DNA of 64,000 bases from Candidatus Uhrbacteria bacterium (GTDB lineage: Bacteria; Patescibacteriota; Patescibacteriia; UBA9934; GWF2-40-263), in the NCBI GenBank assembly GCA_037131775.1, contig JBAXQK010000003.1, forward strand, positions 76,439 to 140,438, written 5' to 3'. Position numbers and translations under genes: made by a program. Numbering within the stretch: the stretch's first letter is position 1; each line of letters opens with the position of its first letter. The notes below the pieces were generated by a model. That model saw only the letters and a program-made list of their open reading frames with translations. It was not told where the DNA came from and did not search any database. Below, one piece after another: positions 27,631 through 36,222 of this stretch.

Positions 27631-27639
27631 ATGTAGAAA
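27611..27639 (+). promoter_or_regulatory. promoter TTGACG-17-TAGAAA for 27660..28253
   Basis: -35 lies in the loop of the gyrB terminator. SD AGGAGAG and ATG follow. Confidence 0.4.
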
Positions 27640-27659
27640 CGTTCGCAGGAGAGTATCAC

Positions 27660-28253
27660 ATGGATGAAACGTCGAAATCACCAGTGGACACCCGCATCAA
27701 GCGAAAGCGGAATGCGAGCGAACGCAGGGCGTTCGTCGCCGGCGTCGGACGCAAGTTGCGATTCGTCGTCCTCGTGCACCTGCCACTGGACATGGACGAG
27801 GACCATGCGAGCAGGATGACCGGCGACGTCATCGAAAAGGAGAACGTTCGGGCCGGCAACTGCAAGAAGCAACCGTTGTCCGGAACGTTCATCGTAGGCC
27901 CACGGAGCGAGGTGACCTTCGACGGCCCCACGAGGGACTCGTCGCGGGACCTGGTCGTGGAGTTCACCGGCGACGTCCTCGTCAGGAAGACGGACCGCCA
28001 TATCCGCAACCCCCTCGAGGTAGAGCTCGACCGAGACGTGTTCGTTCAGCTGCGGGACCTGTTGATGCTGCTTACCCGTAAGTTTGGCATCGTGAACGGC
28101 GGCGGAGAAATTTCGCTCGGCGACTTCAAGACGAACATCACGCTGACGAACGGCAGGCTGACGAGCGAGAACGACCCGATCGTCGAGGTCAACCCGAAGG
28201 ACGTCGTCACCGTCGCCGTCACGGGCGATCCACCGTTCAGGGAGTTCAACTAG
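27660..28253 (+). CDS. hypothetical protein (197 aa)
   Basis: GC3-rich. SD AGGAGAG upstream. Strong terminator downstream. Confidence 0.55.
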   Translation: MDETSKSPVDTRIKRKRNASERRAFVAGVGRKLRFVVLVHLPLDMDEDHASRMTGDVIEKENVRAGNCKKQPLSGTFIVGPRSEVTFDGPTRDSSRDLVVEFTGDVLVRKTDRHIRNPLEVELDRDVFVQLRDLLMLLTRKFGIVNGGGEISLGDFKTNITLTNGRLTSENDPIVEVNPKDVVTVAVTGDPPFREFN

Positions 28254-28278
28254 GCCGCGCTCCGGCCTCTTTTTTTAT
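28253..28278 (+). terminator. terminator after 27660..28253
   Basis: GGCCG cgctc CGGCC + TCTTTTTTTTAT. Confidence 0.85.
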
Positions 28279-28304
28279 CCCATTTTCCCCCGTCCCCACT
28301 GCCT

Positions 28305-28333
28305 TTGACACGAATCCCCTCTTCCTGTATAGT
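28305..28333 (+). promoter_or_regulatory. consensus promoter TTGACA-17-TATAGT for secE-nusG
   Basis: TTGACA 28305-28310, TATAGT 28328-28333. A small GNRA hairpin (28343-28358) lies in the leader. Confidence 0.7.
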
Positions 28334-28376
28334 ATCCTCGAAAGGCCCGCAAGGGCTTCTTAAAATAGCGCACCGT

Positions 28377-28583
28377 ATGACGAAGCCCCTCAAACTTGCC
28401 GTGCAGTACATTCGCGAATCCAAGGAAGAGCTGGAGAAGGTCACCTGGCCGACGCGCCAGCAGACGCTTCGCTATTCCATCCTGGTGGTCGTGGTCGCCG
28501 TCGGCATGGGTCTCTTCTTCGCCGGACTCGACGCCGCTCTCAACCTGGGCCTCGAGAAACTGATCGGACTTACGACCAAGTAA
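28377..28583 (+). CDS. secE: preprotein translocase subunit SecE
   Basis: MTKPLKLAVQYIRESKEELEKVTWPTRQQTLRYSILVVVVAVGMGLFF...; upstream of nusG. Confidence 0.85.
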   Translation: MTKPLKLAVQYIRESKEELEKVTWPTRQQTLRYSILVVVVAVGMGLFFAGLDAALNLGLEKLIGLTTK

Positions 28584-28596
28584 CGTTCTTTCCACT

Positions 28597-29142
28597 ATGC
28601 CAAAGCAAACAGCCAACTACGGCCGCCGCTGGTACGCGATCCACACGTACTCCGGATACGAGGACAACGTCTCCGAGGCGCTTCACCAGCGCATCGAGAC
28701 GATGGACATGCACGAGAAGATCTTCGACGTGCTCGTGCCGAAGGAGAAGAAGATCAAGATCAAGAACGGCAAGCGCAAGACCACGGAGGAAAAGATCTTC
28801 CCGGGCTACGTGCTGGTGGAGATGATCGTGACGGACGACTCGTGGTACGTGGTGCGCAACACGCCGAACGTCACCGGGTTCATCGGAACGGGAACGGTCC
28901 CGACGCCGATCGCGCCCGAGGAGATCGAGGCGCTTCTGAAGCGGACCCGCGTCGGCGAGCCGGAAACCACGCTCGACGTGGAGAAGGGATCGATCGTGAA
29001 GATCAACGACGGCCCGTTCAAGAACTTCGAGGGAAAGGTGTCGGCCATCGACGAGCAGCGCGGCAAGATCAAGGTTCTCGTGAACATGTTCGGCCGCGAG
29101 ACTCCTGTCGAGCTGGACTTCTTGCAGGTGCAGAAGGTGTAG
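28597..29142 (+). CDS. nusG: transcription termination/antitermination factor NusG
   Basis: ...RWYAIHTYSGYEDNV...; KOW motif region. Confidence 0.92.
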   Translation: MPKQTANYGRRWYAIHTYSGYEDNVSEALHQRIETMDMHEKIFDVLVPKEKKIKIKNGKRKTTEEKIFPGYVLVEMIVTDDSWYVVRNTPNVTGFIGTGTVPTPIAPEEIEALLKRTRVGEPETTLDVEKGSIVKINDGPFKNFEGKVSAIDEQRGKIKVLVNMFGRETPVELDFLQVQKV

Positions 29143-29145
29143 GCC

Positions 29146-29234
29146 GTCACAGATTACGGATTATACGGATGTACGGATTAGATACTTGGCCGAGTGTCTG
29201 ATCCGTACATCCTTACCCATCCGTAATCCGTGAC
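29146..29234. repeat. long imperfect hairpin from tandem heptads (TACGGAT x3 / ATCCGTA x3)
   Basis: gtcacagatTACGGATtaTACGGATgTACGGATtagatacttggccgagtgtctgATCCGTAcATCCtTAcccATCCGTAATCCGTgac. Immediately after the nusG stop. Confidence 0.8.
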
Positions 29235-29310
29235 ACAATTTCACTAACTAACATAGCAATGGTAGCCACCGGGCCACAAACCCCTTGGAATCCATTCAAA
29301 CAAAACTGCT

Positions 29311-29733
29311 ATGGCAAAGAAACTCATTACGCAGGTTAAGCTTCAGATCCCGGGTGCGGCTGCGACCCCGGCCCCGCCGGTCGGTCCGGCGCTCGGTCAG
29401 CACGGGCTGAACATCGCCAGCTTCGTGAAGCAGTTCAACGACGCGACGCAGAACCGCCGCGGAGAGACGGTTCCGGTCATCATCAACGTGTACGAGGACC
29501 GCAGCTTCGACTTCATCATGAAGGTGGCCCCGGCCTCCGGACTCATCGCGAAGGCCGCCGGCATCGCGAAGGGATCGGGCAAGCCGCTCACCGAGAAGGT
29601 CGGCAAGATCACGCAGGCCCAGCTCCGCGAAATCGCCGAGAAGAAGCTCCCGGACCTCAACACCTCGGACATCGACGCCGCCATGAAGATTATCGCCGGA
29701 ACGGCGCGCCAGATGGGAGTGGACATTGTCTAA
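29311..29733 (+). CDS. rplK: 50S ribosomal protein L11
   Basis: [35 protein letters not shown]... Confidence 0.95.
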   Translation: MAKKLITQVKLQIPGAAATPAPPVGPALGQHGLNIASFVKQFNDATQNRRGETVPVIINVYEDRSFDFIMKVAPASGLIAKAAGIAKGSGKPLTEKVGKITQAQLREIAEKKLPDLNTSDIDAAMKIIAGTARQMGVDIV

Positions 29734-29750
29734 ATTTAGGCAGAAGGCTG

Positions 29751-29819
29751 AAAGGCATTAGGCTTAAGGGTTTACAGCCCGGCGGACTTACGCCTTAAGC
29801 CTTAAGCCTTAAGCCTGAA
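29751..29819. repeat. hairpin from tandem heptads (GCCTTAA x3.5 with inverse AGGCTTAAGG arm)
   Basis: aAGGCTgaaAGGCattAGGCTTAAGGgtttacagcccggcggacttacGCCTTAAGCCTTAAGCCTTAAGCCTgaa. Between the rplK stop and the small membrane ORF. Confidence 0.8.
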
Positions 29820-29822
29820 CAT

Positions 29823-30188
29823 ATGACCAAAGGAGGATCGATCATTCTCAGAATCTACTTCTCGCTCGTGGCGTTCGTGACCCTGATGATTCTTATCTTC
29901 TCGGTTTCGGACCTCATCAACATCGTGCTGAAGACCTACGTGTTCACCGCCGCGGACCGCCCGGCGTACACGAGCTACTGCGACCTCACCACGCAGACCC
30001 AGGCGCAGTGCGACACGCAGAAGAAGAATGACGAGGAATCGTCCATGGCCGTCAAGCAGCAGGACGCCGTCCGCGACATCGCTCTCCTCCTCGTCGCTTC
30101 CCCGCTGTTCTGGCTCCACTTCCGTGTCGTGTACCGAGATCTGATGGGAGACAAGGAAGAGGAGAAGAACGACAAGAAAAAAGCTTAA
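29823..30188 (+). CDS. small membrane protein (121 aa, 2 TM), unknown; inserted between rplK and rplA
   Basis: MTKGGSIILRIYFSLVAFVTLMILIF...VRDIALLLVASPLFWLHF... plus a K/E-rich tail. Confidence 0.5.
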   Translation: MTKGGSIILRIYFSLVAFVTLMILIFSVSDLINIVLKTYVFTAADRPAYTSYCDLTTQTQAQCDTQKKNDEESSMAVKQQDAVRDIALLLVASPLFWLHFRVVYRDLMGDKEEEKNDKKKA

Positions 30189-30236
30189 TACTAACCTGAT
30201 CGTGGAAGGCGAGAGCCGTTACACCACGCAAATCAT

Positions 30237-30920
30237 ATGGCAGGAAAGCGCTTTACGGAGGCCAAGAAGCTCGTCACGGACAAGAAGGTTTACTCGATCG
30301 TCGATGGAATCGCGCTCCTCAAGAGCTTCCCGAAGGCCGGCTTCGACGAGGGCGTCGAGCTGCACGTGAACCTCGGCATCGACCCGAGCAAGGGCGACCA
30401 GCAGGTGCGCGGAACGATCGCGTTCCCGCACGGAGTCGGAAAGTCCAAGCGCGTCGCCGTGTTCGTGGAGGCCGCCAAGGAAGCCGAGGCCAAGGCCGCG
30501 GGCGCCGACATCGTCGGAGGAGAGGACCTCATCACCGAGATCGCGGCCAAGGGCATCATCAACTTCGACGTGGCCATCGCCACGCCGGCCATGATGCCGA
30601 AGATCGCCAAGCTCGCGAAGCTCCTCGGACCGAAGGGCCTCATGCCAAACCCGAAGAACGACACCGTCGGCCCGAACGTCACCAAGATGATCGCCGAGCA
30701 GAAGGCCGGAAAGCAGAGCTTCAAGAACGACAACACCGCCAACGTCCACCAGATCGTCGGCCGCGTGTCCATGACGGACGCCCAGCTCAAGGAGAACCTC
30801 GCCCCGTTCGTCGACCAGCTCCGCAAGATGAAGCCGGCGTCCTCCAAGGGCATCTACTTCAAGAGCGCGACGCTGACGACCACGATGGGCCCGGGGATCA
30901 AGGTTGACCTCAACTCGTAG
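30237..30920 (+). CDS. rplA: 50S ribosomal protein L1
   Basis: MAGKRFTEAKKLVTDKKVYSIVDGIALLK... Confidence 0.95.
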   Translation: MAGKRFTEAKKLVTDKKVYSIVDGIALLKSFPKAGFDEGVELHVNLGIDPSKGDQQVRGTIAFPHGVGKSKRVAVFVEAAKEAEAKAAGADIVGGEDLITEIAAKGIINFDVAIATPAMMPKIAKLAKLLGPKGLMPNPKNDTVGPNVTKMIAEQKAGKQSFKNDNTANVHQIVGRVSMTDAQLKENLAPFVDQLRKMKPASSKGIYFKSATLTTTMGPGIKVDLNS

Positions 30921-30929
30921 TAGACAGAA

Positions 30930-30958
30930 ACACCCGCCGGCGATAAGCTGGCGGGTGT
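30930..30958 (+). terminator. hairpin after rplA (weak U-tract)
   Basis: ACACCCGCCGGC gauaa GCUGGCGGGUGU, then UAUGAUAUUG. Overlaps the dcd start region. Confidence 0.45.
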
Positions 30959-30959
30959 T

Positions 30960-31610
30960 ATGATATTGTCACGCCAAGACATCCTCGCGCAGATCGCCTC
31001 GGGCGGAATCCGGTTCACGCCGGAGATCGACCAGTTTCAGCTGCAGCCGCACGCGATCGACTTGCGACTGGGATACAAGTTTTTGATCCCGCGCAACTGG
31101 ACGTTCGACGAGAAGGGCCGCCGCGCGATCAAGGTCTCGATCGACGACGCCGATGCCCATCCCGAGCAGTTCGACGAGGTCATCCTCAAGCCCGGTCAGT
31201 TCTTCGACCTTCTCCCGAACGAGTTCGTCATCGGCACCAGCCTCGAGCGCATCGAGCTCAACGCGCCGAACCTGATGGCGATCCTCTTTCCCAGGACGTC
31301 GACGAATCGCCGCGGCATCGACCTGTCGCTCTCGGGAATCATCGACGTGGGCTACAAGGGCAACCTCATCTTCCCCATGAAGAACGAGGCGGGCAACCAG
31401 GTCATCCGCGTGTATCCGGGCGAACGAGTGTGCCAGGTGGTATTCGAGGAACTCAAGACCCCGTTAACGTCCGAGGAGGCGAATCTCCACGGGATGTCGG
31501 CGGCGAAGTACTCGGAAAGCGACGGCGCGTACCGGCTCGACAAGGATGACGAGCGGACGCTGCTGGTGGAAGGGAAATTGGACGAAATGAAAAAGCGGTT
31601 CGGGGTCTAG
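30960..31610 (+). CDS. dcd: dCTP deaminase
   Basis: ...IQPHAIDLRLG...; dUTPase-fold Dcd family. Confidence 0.8.
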   Translation: MILSRQDILAQIASGGIRFTPEIDQFQLQPHAIDLRLGYKFLIPRNWTFDEKGRRAIKVSIDDADAHPEQFDEVILKPGQFFDLLPNEFVIGTSLERIELNAPNLMAILFPRTSTNRRGIDLSLSGIIDVGYKGNLIFPMKNEAGNQVIRVYPGERVCQVVFEELKTPLTSEEANLHGMSAAKYSESDGAYRLDKDDERTLLVEGKLDEMKKRFGV

Positions 31611-31628
31611 CCCGAACCGCTTTTTTTG
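31594..31628. terminator. bidirectional terminator between dcd and subtilase
   Basis: aaaa AGCGGTTCGGG gtctag CCCGAACCGCT ttttttt. The dcd stop is in the loop. Confidence 0.85.
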
Positions 31629-31632
31629 ATGG

Positions 31633-34600
31633 CTACTGTGCGATCGACGCGATCTGCGTGCGCGTCTTGACCGCGGACAGGTCTACCGACTCCGGGACCG
31701 TCACGTCCTCGCCGCGCTCGTAGTGGGCGAAGAGGGTGGGCTCGAGGTCGATGACGTCGTCGGCCCAGGATGCGCCGAACATTTCCGTCGCGACGGATTC
31801 CGAGACGATGTGGCGGAGGAGGAAGGTTCCGTTCGCGTCCGCGTCCACGAGATAGACGTTCGGGTCGCTGACGATCTTGACGAGCACGACGCCTGGCTTC
31901 GGGAGCATCGGGGAGCCCAGCGCGAGGGTCGGCATGGTGGCGTCGGTGACCCAGACCACGTTGGACCACGAGTCCGTCCAGGTAAAGAAGGTCTGCGCGT
32001 TCCAGAAGACATGGCGTTTCCCGTCCGCGCCGACGTAGTACACGCTGCCGCTGCCGGACGATCGGATCAGCCAGCCGGGCTCCACCGCCGAGACGGACTG
32101 GGACGCCTGGCTGAACGGAGAGACACCCGTGTCCGACGTCACGGGGGCGACATGGCGGCCTTCCGCGTCAACTGCAATGCCGTTCTCGCGGATGGTCTCG
32201 GGGGAAAGCGACACGACGGACGGGACGGTCCCCATGCCCGACGAGGAAATTCCCGTTGCTGACGCAGCCGACGGCGTCGCGGCCGGAGCGCCGCCTCCCC
32301 CGCCCCCGCCCCCGCTGCTGCGGCGCGCGGCAACCGTGACGGTCACGACGTAATCGACCGTCGACTCGTCCTCCGCGAACACCGTGTACGTCACGGGGTC
32401 TGTAAAGTCCTGGGCGTCGCCCGTCGACGGAACGGTGAACCATCCCGTCGTCACGATGGTCGGAACGAGATCCGTCACGTCCGTGCCGAACGGGACGCGG
32501 AGCGAGATCGTCTTGGAGCCCTCGTGCACGCTGCCCGTGACGTCGAGGTCGCCGAAGTCGAAGGACTCGATCGCCTTGTCCGAGGTCGGAATCGTCGTCA
32601 CCGTGTAATTTACCAGCGTTTCGCCGTCCTCCGCGAAGACAGCCAGCCAGTCTCCGGTCACGACGGGGTCGGAGAGGAAATCCTCGAGCCAGTTCTGATG
32701 AGGCTCGTCCTTCGTCAGCGCGGCAAGGAAGTCGGCCTTCGACGTTCCGGGCGGAACGTCCGTAATCGTCTCGCCGTCCGTCCCTCCCGCGCTGACCGTG
32801 TACGTCTCCGACGAGATCGTCGCGACGGTGCTGGCCGGGAGCGCGAGGACGGCGAGGACGAAGTCCTTCGTGTCGGACGCGAGGCCGTTCGTGATCGTCG
32901 CGGTCATCGTGACCGTCGCGTCGCCATCCGCAAACGCCGGGCGGACGACCGTCTGCCCGTTGTCGGAAACGATGTCCGCGTCGCTCGAGGACCAGGTGAT
33001 CGTCGACGCGTTCACGGAACCGACCGATGGGAGCGGGTTCTCAAGCGCAACCGTCACGTCCGCCAGGTCGGCATTCTCCCCGAGGATCGCCTCGTCCGTC
33101 AGCCCGTCCTTGTCCGCCGCGACGAGAACCGTGTCCCCGACGGACAGGAGCGCGTTGTTCGCGTTGATCCTCTTTCCCGTCGTCGTCACCCCGTCGAGCG
33201 ACGCGATCGGATCGCCGGACGTCAGAATGATGTTCTTGACCTGCGCCGCCGTCAGGCTCGGATCATACCCTTCGATGAGCGCCGCGAGGCCGACCACGTG
33301 CGGGGTGGCCATCGACGTCCCGTTGAACCAATCGTACAGCGCGGCGGTGCCGTCCTGGTCCGGATAGGTGAGGAGCGTCACGTCATCGACCGCGCAGCCG
33401 TTCCCGCCGCCGACGTCCGCGTTCCCATTCGCGACCCAGCGGAATCGAAATTTGAAATTGTCCGTGAGATACTCCGCGGGAACATCGACGCTGGCGTATC
33501 CGATCGCCGATCCGGTCGGATCGCCCTCGAAGTCGTCCAGAACCACCTCGTCCCAGCGCGTGTATTCCTCATACGTGTCTCCCCCGTCGGCGCTAAACTC
33601 CAAGGCCATGTAGTCGGCCCAGTCGGTCAGGTCATACTCCGTATCGCACGCGGTCCAGAATTCCATCGTGGTCGCGCCGCCGCTCAGGTCGTACTCCGGC
33701 GACTCGACGGTCGTGTCCGCCGTCTGCGCGTACGGGGACGCAACGTCGCCCTTCAGGACGTTTCCCCAGCCGTCGCCAAGCCATTCCGTCGCCTCGGACA
33801 CGCCCCAGGCGTTGCCATCGCCCGCCGCCGCCCAGTCGCCCGGAATCGCGGCGGTGTCCACGCCCTCGAACGACTGCGAAAGCAGGCTCGTCCCGCTGTC
33901 ATCGACGACCGTACTGTAGATATCCGTGCCCGGCGCGCCGACGTCGACGTACCCGGAACCGTAGTCAGAGAAATACGCCAGTCCGTCCGACGAGTCGGTC
34001 GCCGCGACGGAAATGACGTTCGCGAGGCCGTCCCAGCAGTCCGTCGCGTGGCCGTAGTCGGAGGGAAGGTCGACGTACGAGGAGCCGTCATGCTCGCTCG
34101 CGTCGTTCCCGGCGGCCGCGACGAACAACCCCGGAAACCCGTCGATCGCCGCGTACAGCGCCTCGTCATACGCGCCGTCGCACGACCCGGCGGCCCCGCC
34201 CCAGCTCGCGTTGATCACCGTCGCGCCGTTATACGCCGCGAAGCTGATCGCGCGGACGATCTCGGCCGTGGTGAGCGATGACTTCAATGCCATGATCTTC
34301 GCGCGCGGCGCCACGCCGGCGATTCCCGTCGCGTTTCCTTTCACGGCCGCGATCGTCCCGGCGACGTGCGTCCCGTGCGTGCTCGTCGTCGGCAGAGGCG
34401 TCTTGTCGAGGTCCTCGAAGTCATAGCCATGGTCGCATCAGCCGAGCGCCGCGTTCGCGTCGTCCACGCAGCCCGTCCCGTCCCACATGTTCGCGGCAAG
34501 GTCCGGATGGTCGTACGCCACGCCGGTGTCGATGATCGCGACGATCACGTCCCCGTTCGTCCCCTCGTCGACCGCCCACGCCTCGGGCGCGTCGATGTCC

Positions 34601-35160
34601 GCACCCGTCGTCCCGGTGGTCCCGTTCACCGTCTGCCCGGTGTTGTCCAATCCCCAAAGCTCACCGCGAGACGGATCGTTCGACGAGATTTCCTGCGTCT
34701 CGTATTGAAAGTTCGGCTGGACGTACTCGACGCTCGGGTCGACGCTCAGTCGGGCAACTGCGCTTTCGACAGACTCGCTCCGACCCTTCGCGTCCTTTCT
34801 CGTCGAAAACACGGAGATGTTCCCCTTGGCGATGTCCTCTTTCTTTTCCAATCTCTTCGATTCCGCAAACTGGCGCGACTTGAGAGCGCCCGTCCTCGTT
34901 CTCAGGTTAACGGATCGATCTTTGAACTTCACGACGACCTCGCCCTCGACATAGTTCTTCTGCGCTTCCGGCCGTACTTTTTCCGTCGACTCCCCACGGT
35001 TCCCCTCCTCATAGGGAGGAGGGGTCAGGGGTGGTCGTCGCGCGTCATCGACGGAAGCGAGAACAAGCGTCGATGACGAGCCAACGACGAACGAGACGAT
35101 TCCCAGGACCAGCAATCCCCGGCACAGCGCTTTCACGGACGTTGTCATATGGATTCTCAC
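31633..35160 (-). pseudogene. S8 subtilisin-like serine peptidase, interrupted by one in-frame TGA at 34438-34440
   Basis: N-terminal ORF 34441..35160: signal peptide, I9-like propeptide, Asp motif VAIIDTGVAYDHPDL, ending ...NAALG then TGA. The same frame continues CDHGYDFEDLDKTPLPTTSTHGTHVAGTIAAV... into ORF 31633..34344, with the His motif HGTHVAG and the Ser motif GTSMATPHVVG. About 1175 aa if read through. Also carries repeat-element copy 2 in frame near the N-terminus. Confidence 0.8.
34999..35044 (-). repeat. palindromic repeat element P, copy 2 (inside subtilase coding region, in frame)
   Basis: ttCCCCTCCTCatagGAGGAGGGGtcaggggtggtCgtcgcgcg. Encodes ...RRPPLTPPPYEEGN... on the minus strand. 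Confidence 0.85.
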
Positions 35161-35166
35161 CAGGAA

Positions 35167-35499
35167 TTAGTAAACGGTCTTCTTATCGACGGAGCAGTTC
35201 GCTCCGACCCACGCCATGTCCATCTGCGACAACTCCATGCGTTTCCCGTCGATGACCACGTACTCGCTTGGCATGGTCGGTCTTCCGTCGTCTGCGACCG
35301 TCGGCATCCTGTTTGTGTACCACGCGTCCGGACACCGCTGGATCAGCGTCGTCGACGGCTCGGCGGACGGCGGTTCGTCCGTCTTCGGCATTCCGTTCGT
35401 CCGGACGAAGATCGCGAACAAGCCACCCGCTAACAAAAGAATCGCAAACCCAATTGCGATTCCCTTCGTCGAACGAATGCGATCAACAAAACGGCTCAT
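35167..35499 (-). CDS. small membrane-anchored hypothetical protein
   Basis: 110 aa, N-terminal TM IAIGFAILLLAGGLFAIFV. Confidence 0.5.
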   Translation of the reverse strand: MSRFVDRIRSTKGIAIGFAILLLAGGLFAIFVRTNGMPKTDEPPSAEPSTTLIQRCPDAWYTNRMPTVADDGRPTMPSEYVVIDGKRMELSQMDMAWVGANCSVDKKTVY

Positions 35500-36212
35500 A
35501 GCTGTCTCAGCACGTTCTTAAACTGACGACACACCAGATCATGCTCCTCACAGTCGATATGGTACACCGGATCCTCGTGGGTCGGAAGGTGGATCGTGAC
35601 GCGGCTCCCCGAGCATACGGCGCGGACGTGCGCGGCGGCATTTTCGGTCACCTCGCAGCCAAGGTCCTCGATCACCTTCTGCAGCCCGTCGGCGAGGTGC
35701 TCGTCGGCACCCTCGATCTTCACGGTCGAGACGGACGGCTTCAGCGTCTCGGCGTACACCTTGTCGCGGCTGAACCGGTCGTGCGCGTCCGCCGTGACGT
35801 ACACGTCGTTGATTCCCGCGGCAATGAGCGCGTTCCAGCACGGCTCGCAGGCCCACCAGTGGCCGTACATGTACACGTCCGCCCCGACGATGTCGATTCC
35901 CTTCTCCGCCGCCACCTTCACCGCCATCGCCTCCGCGTGGCCCGGCGAGTCGTGCAGCGCGCACAGGTCATACCCCGTCCCGGTCGGGCACTCGAGGACG
36001 ATGCGCGGACAGACGTGGACCTGCTTGCCGAGGTTGTACCCATTCCCGACGGTCAGCAACACCTCGCCGTCGCGAACCACCGCCACGCCGACCGGATACG
36101 TCGGATCCCCGGACCGCTCGCCGCGCGCCTCGGCCGCCGCGAGCATGAACGGATCATCGTGCGGCGCGTACTTCAGGTGCCGGTCGGGTGGCATGTAGGG
36201 GTAGTCGGGCAT
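35496..36212 (-). CDS. CMP/dCMP-deaminase family zinc enzyme (dCMP deaminase-like) with Cys/His-rich C-terminal extension
   Basis: HAEAMAV and CEPCWNAL zinc-binding motifs. ATG 36210-36212 (MPDYPYMPP). Confidence 0.7.
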   Translation of the reverse strand: MPDYPYMPPDRHLKYAPHDDPFMLAAAEARGERSGDPTYPVGVAVVRDGEVLLTVGNGYNLGKQVHVCPRIVLECPTGTGYDLCALHDSPGHAEAMAVKVAAEKGIDIVGADVYMYGHWWACEPCWNALIAAGINDVYVTADAHDRFSRDKVYAETLKPSVSTVKIEGADEHLADGLQKVIEDLGCEVTENAAAHVRAVCSGSRVTIHLPTHEDPVYHIDCEEHDLVCRQFKNVLRQL

Positions 36213-36222
36213 AGGGGGGTGA

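Noticed and set aside
34380-34440. Selenocysteine at the subtilase UGA
   Set aside because: Only a weak 5-bp hairpin downstream and no Sec machinery visible in the window. Kept only as a low-probability alternative.
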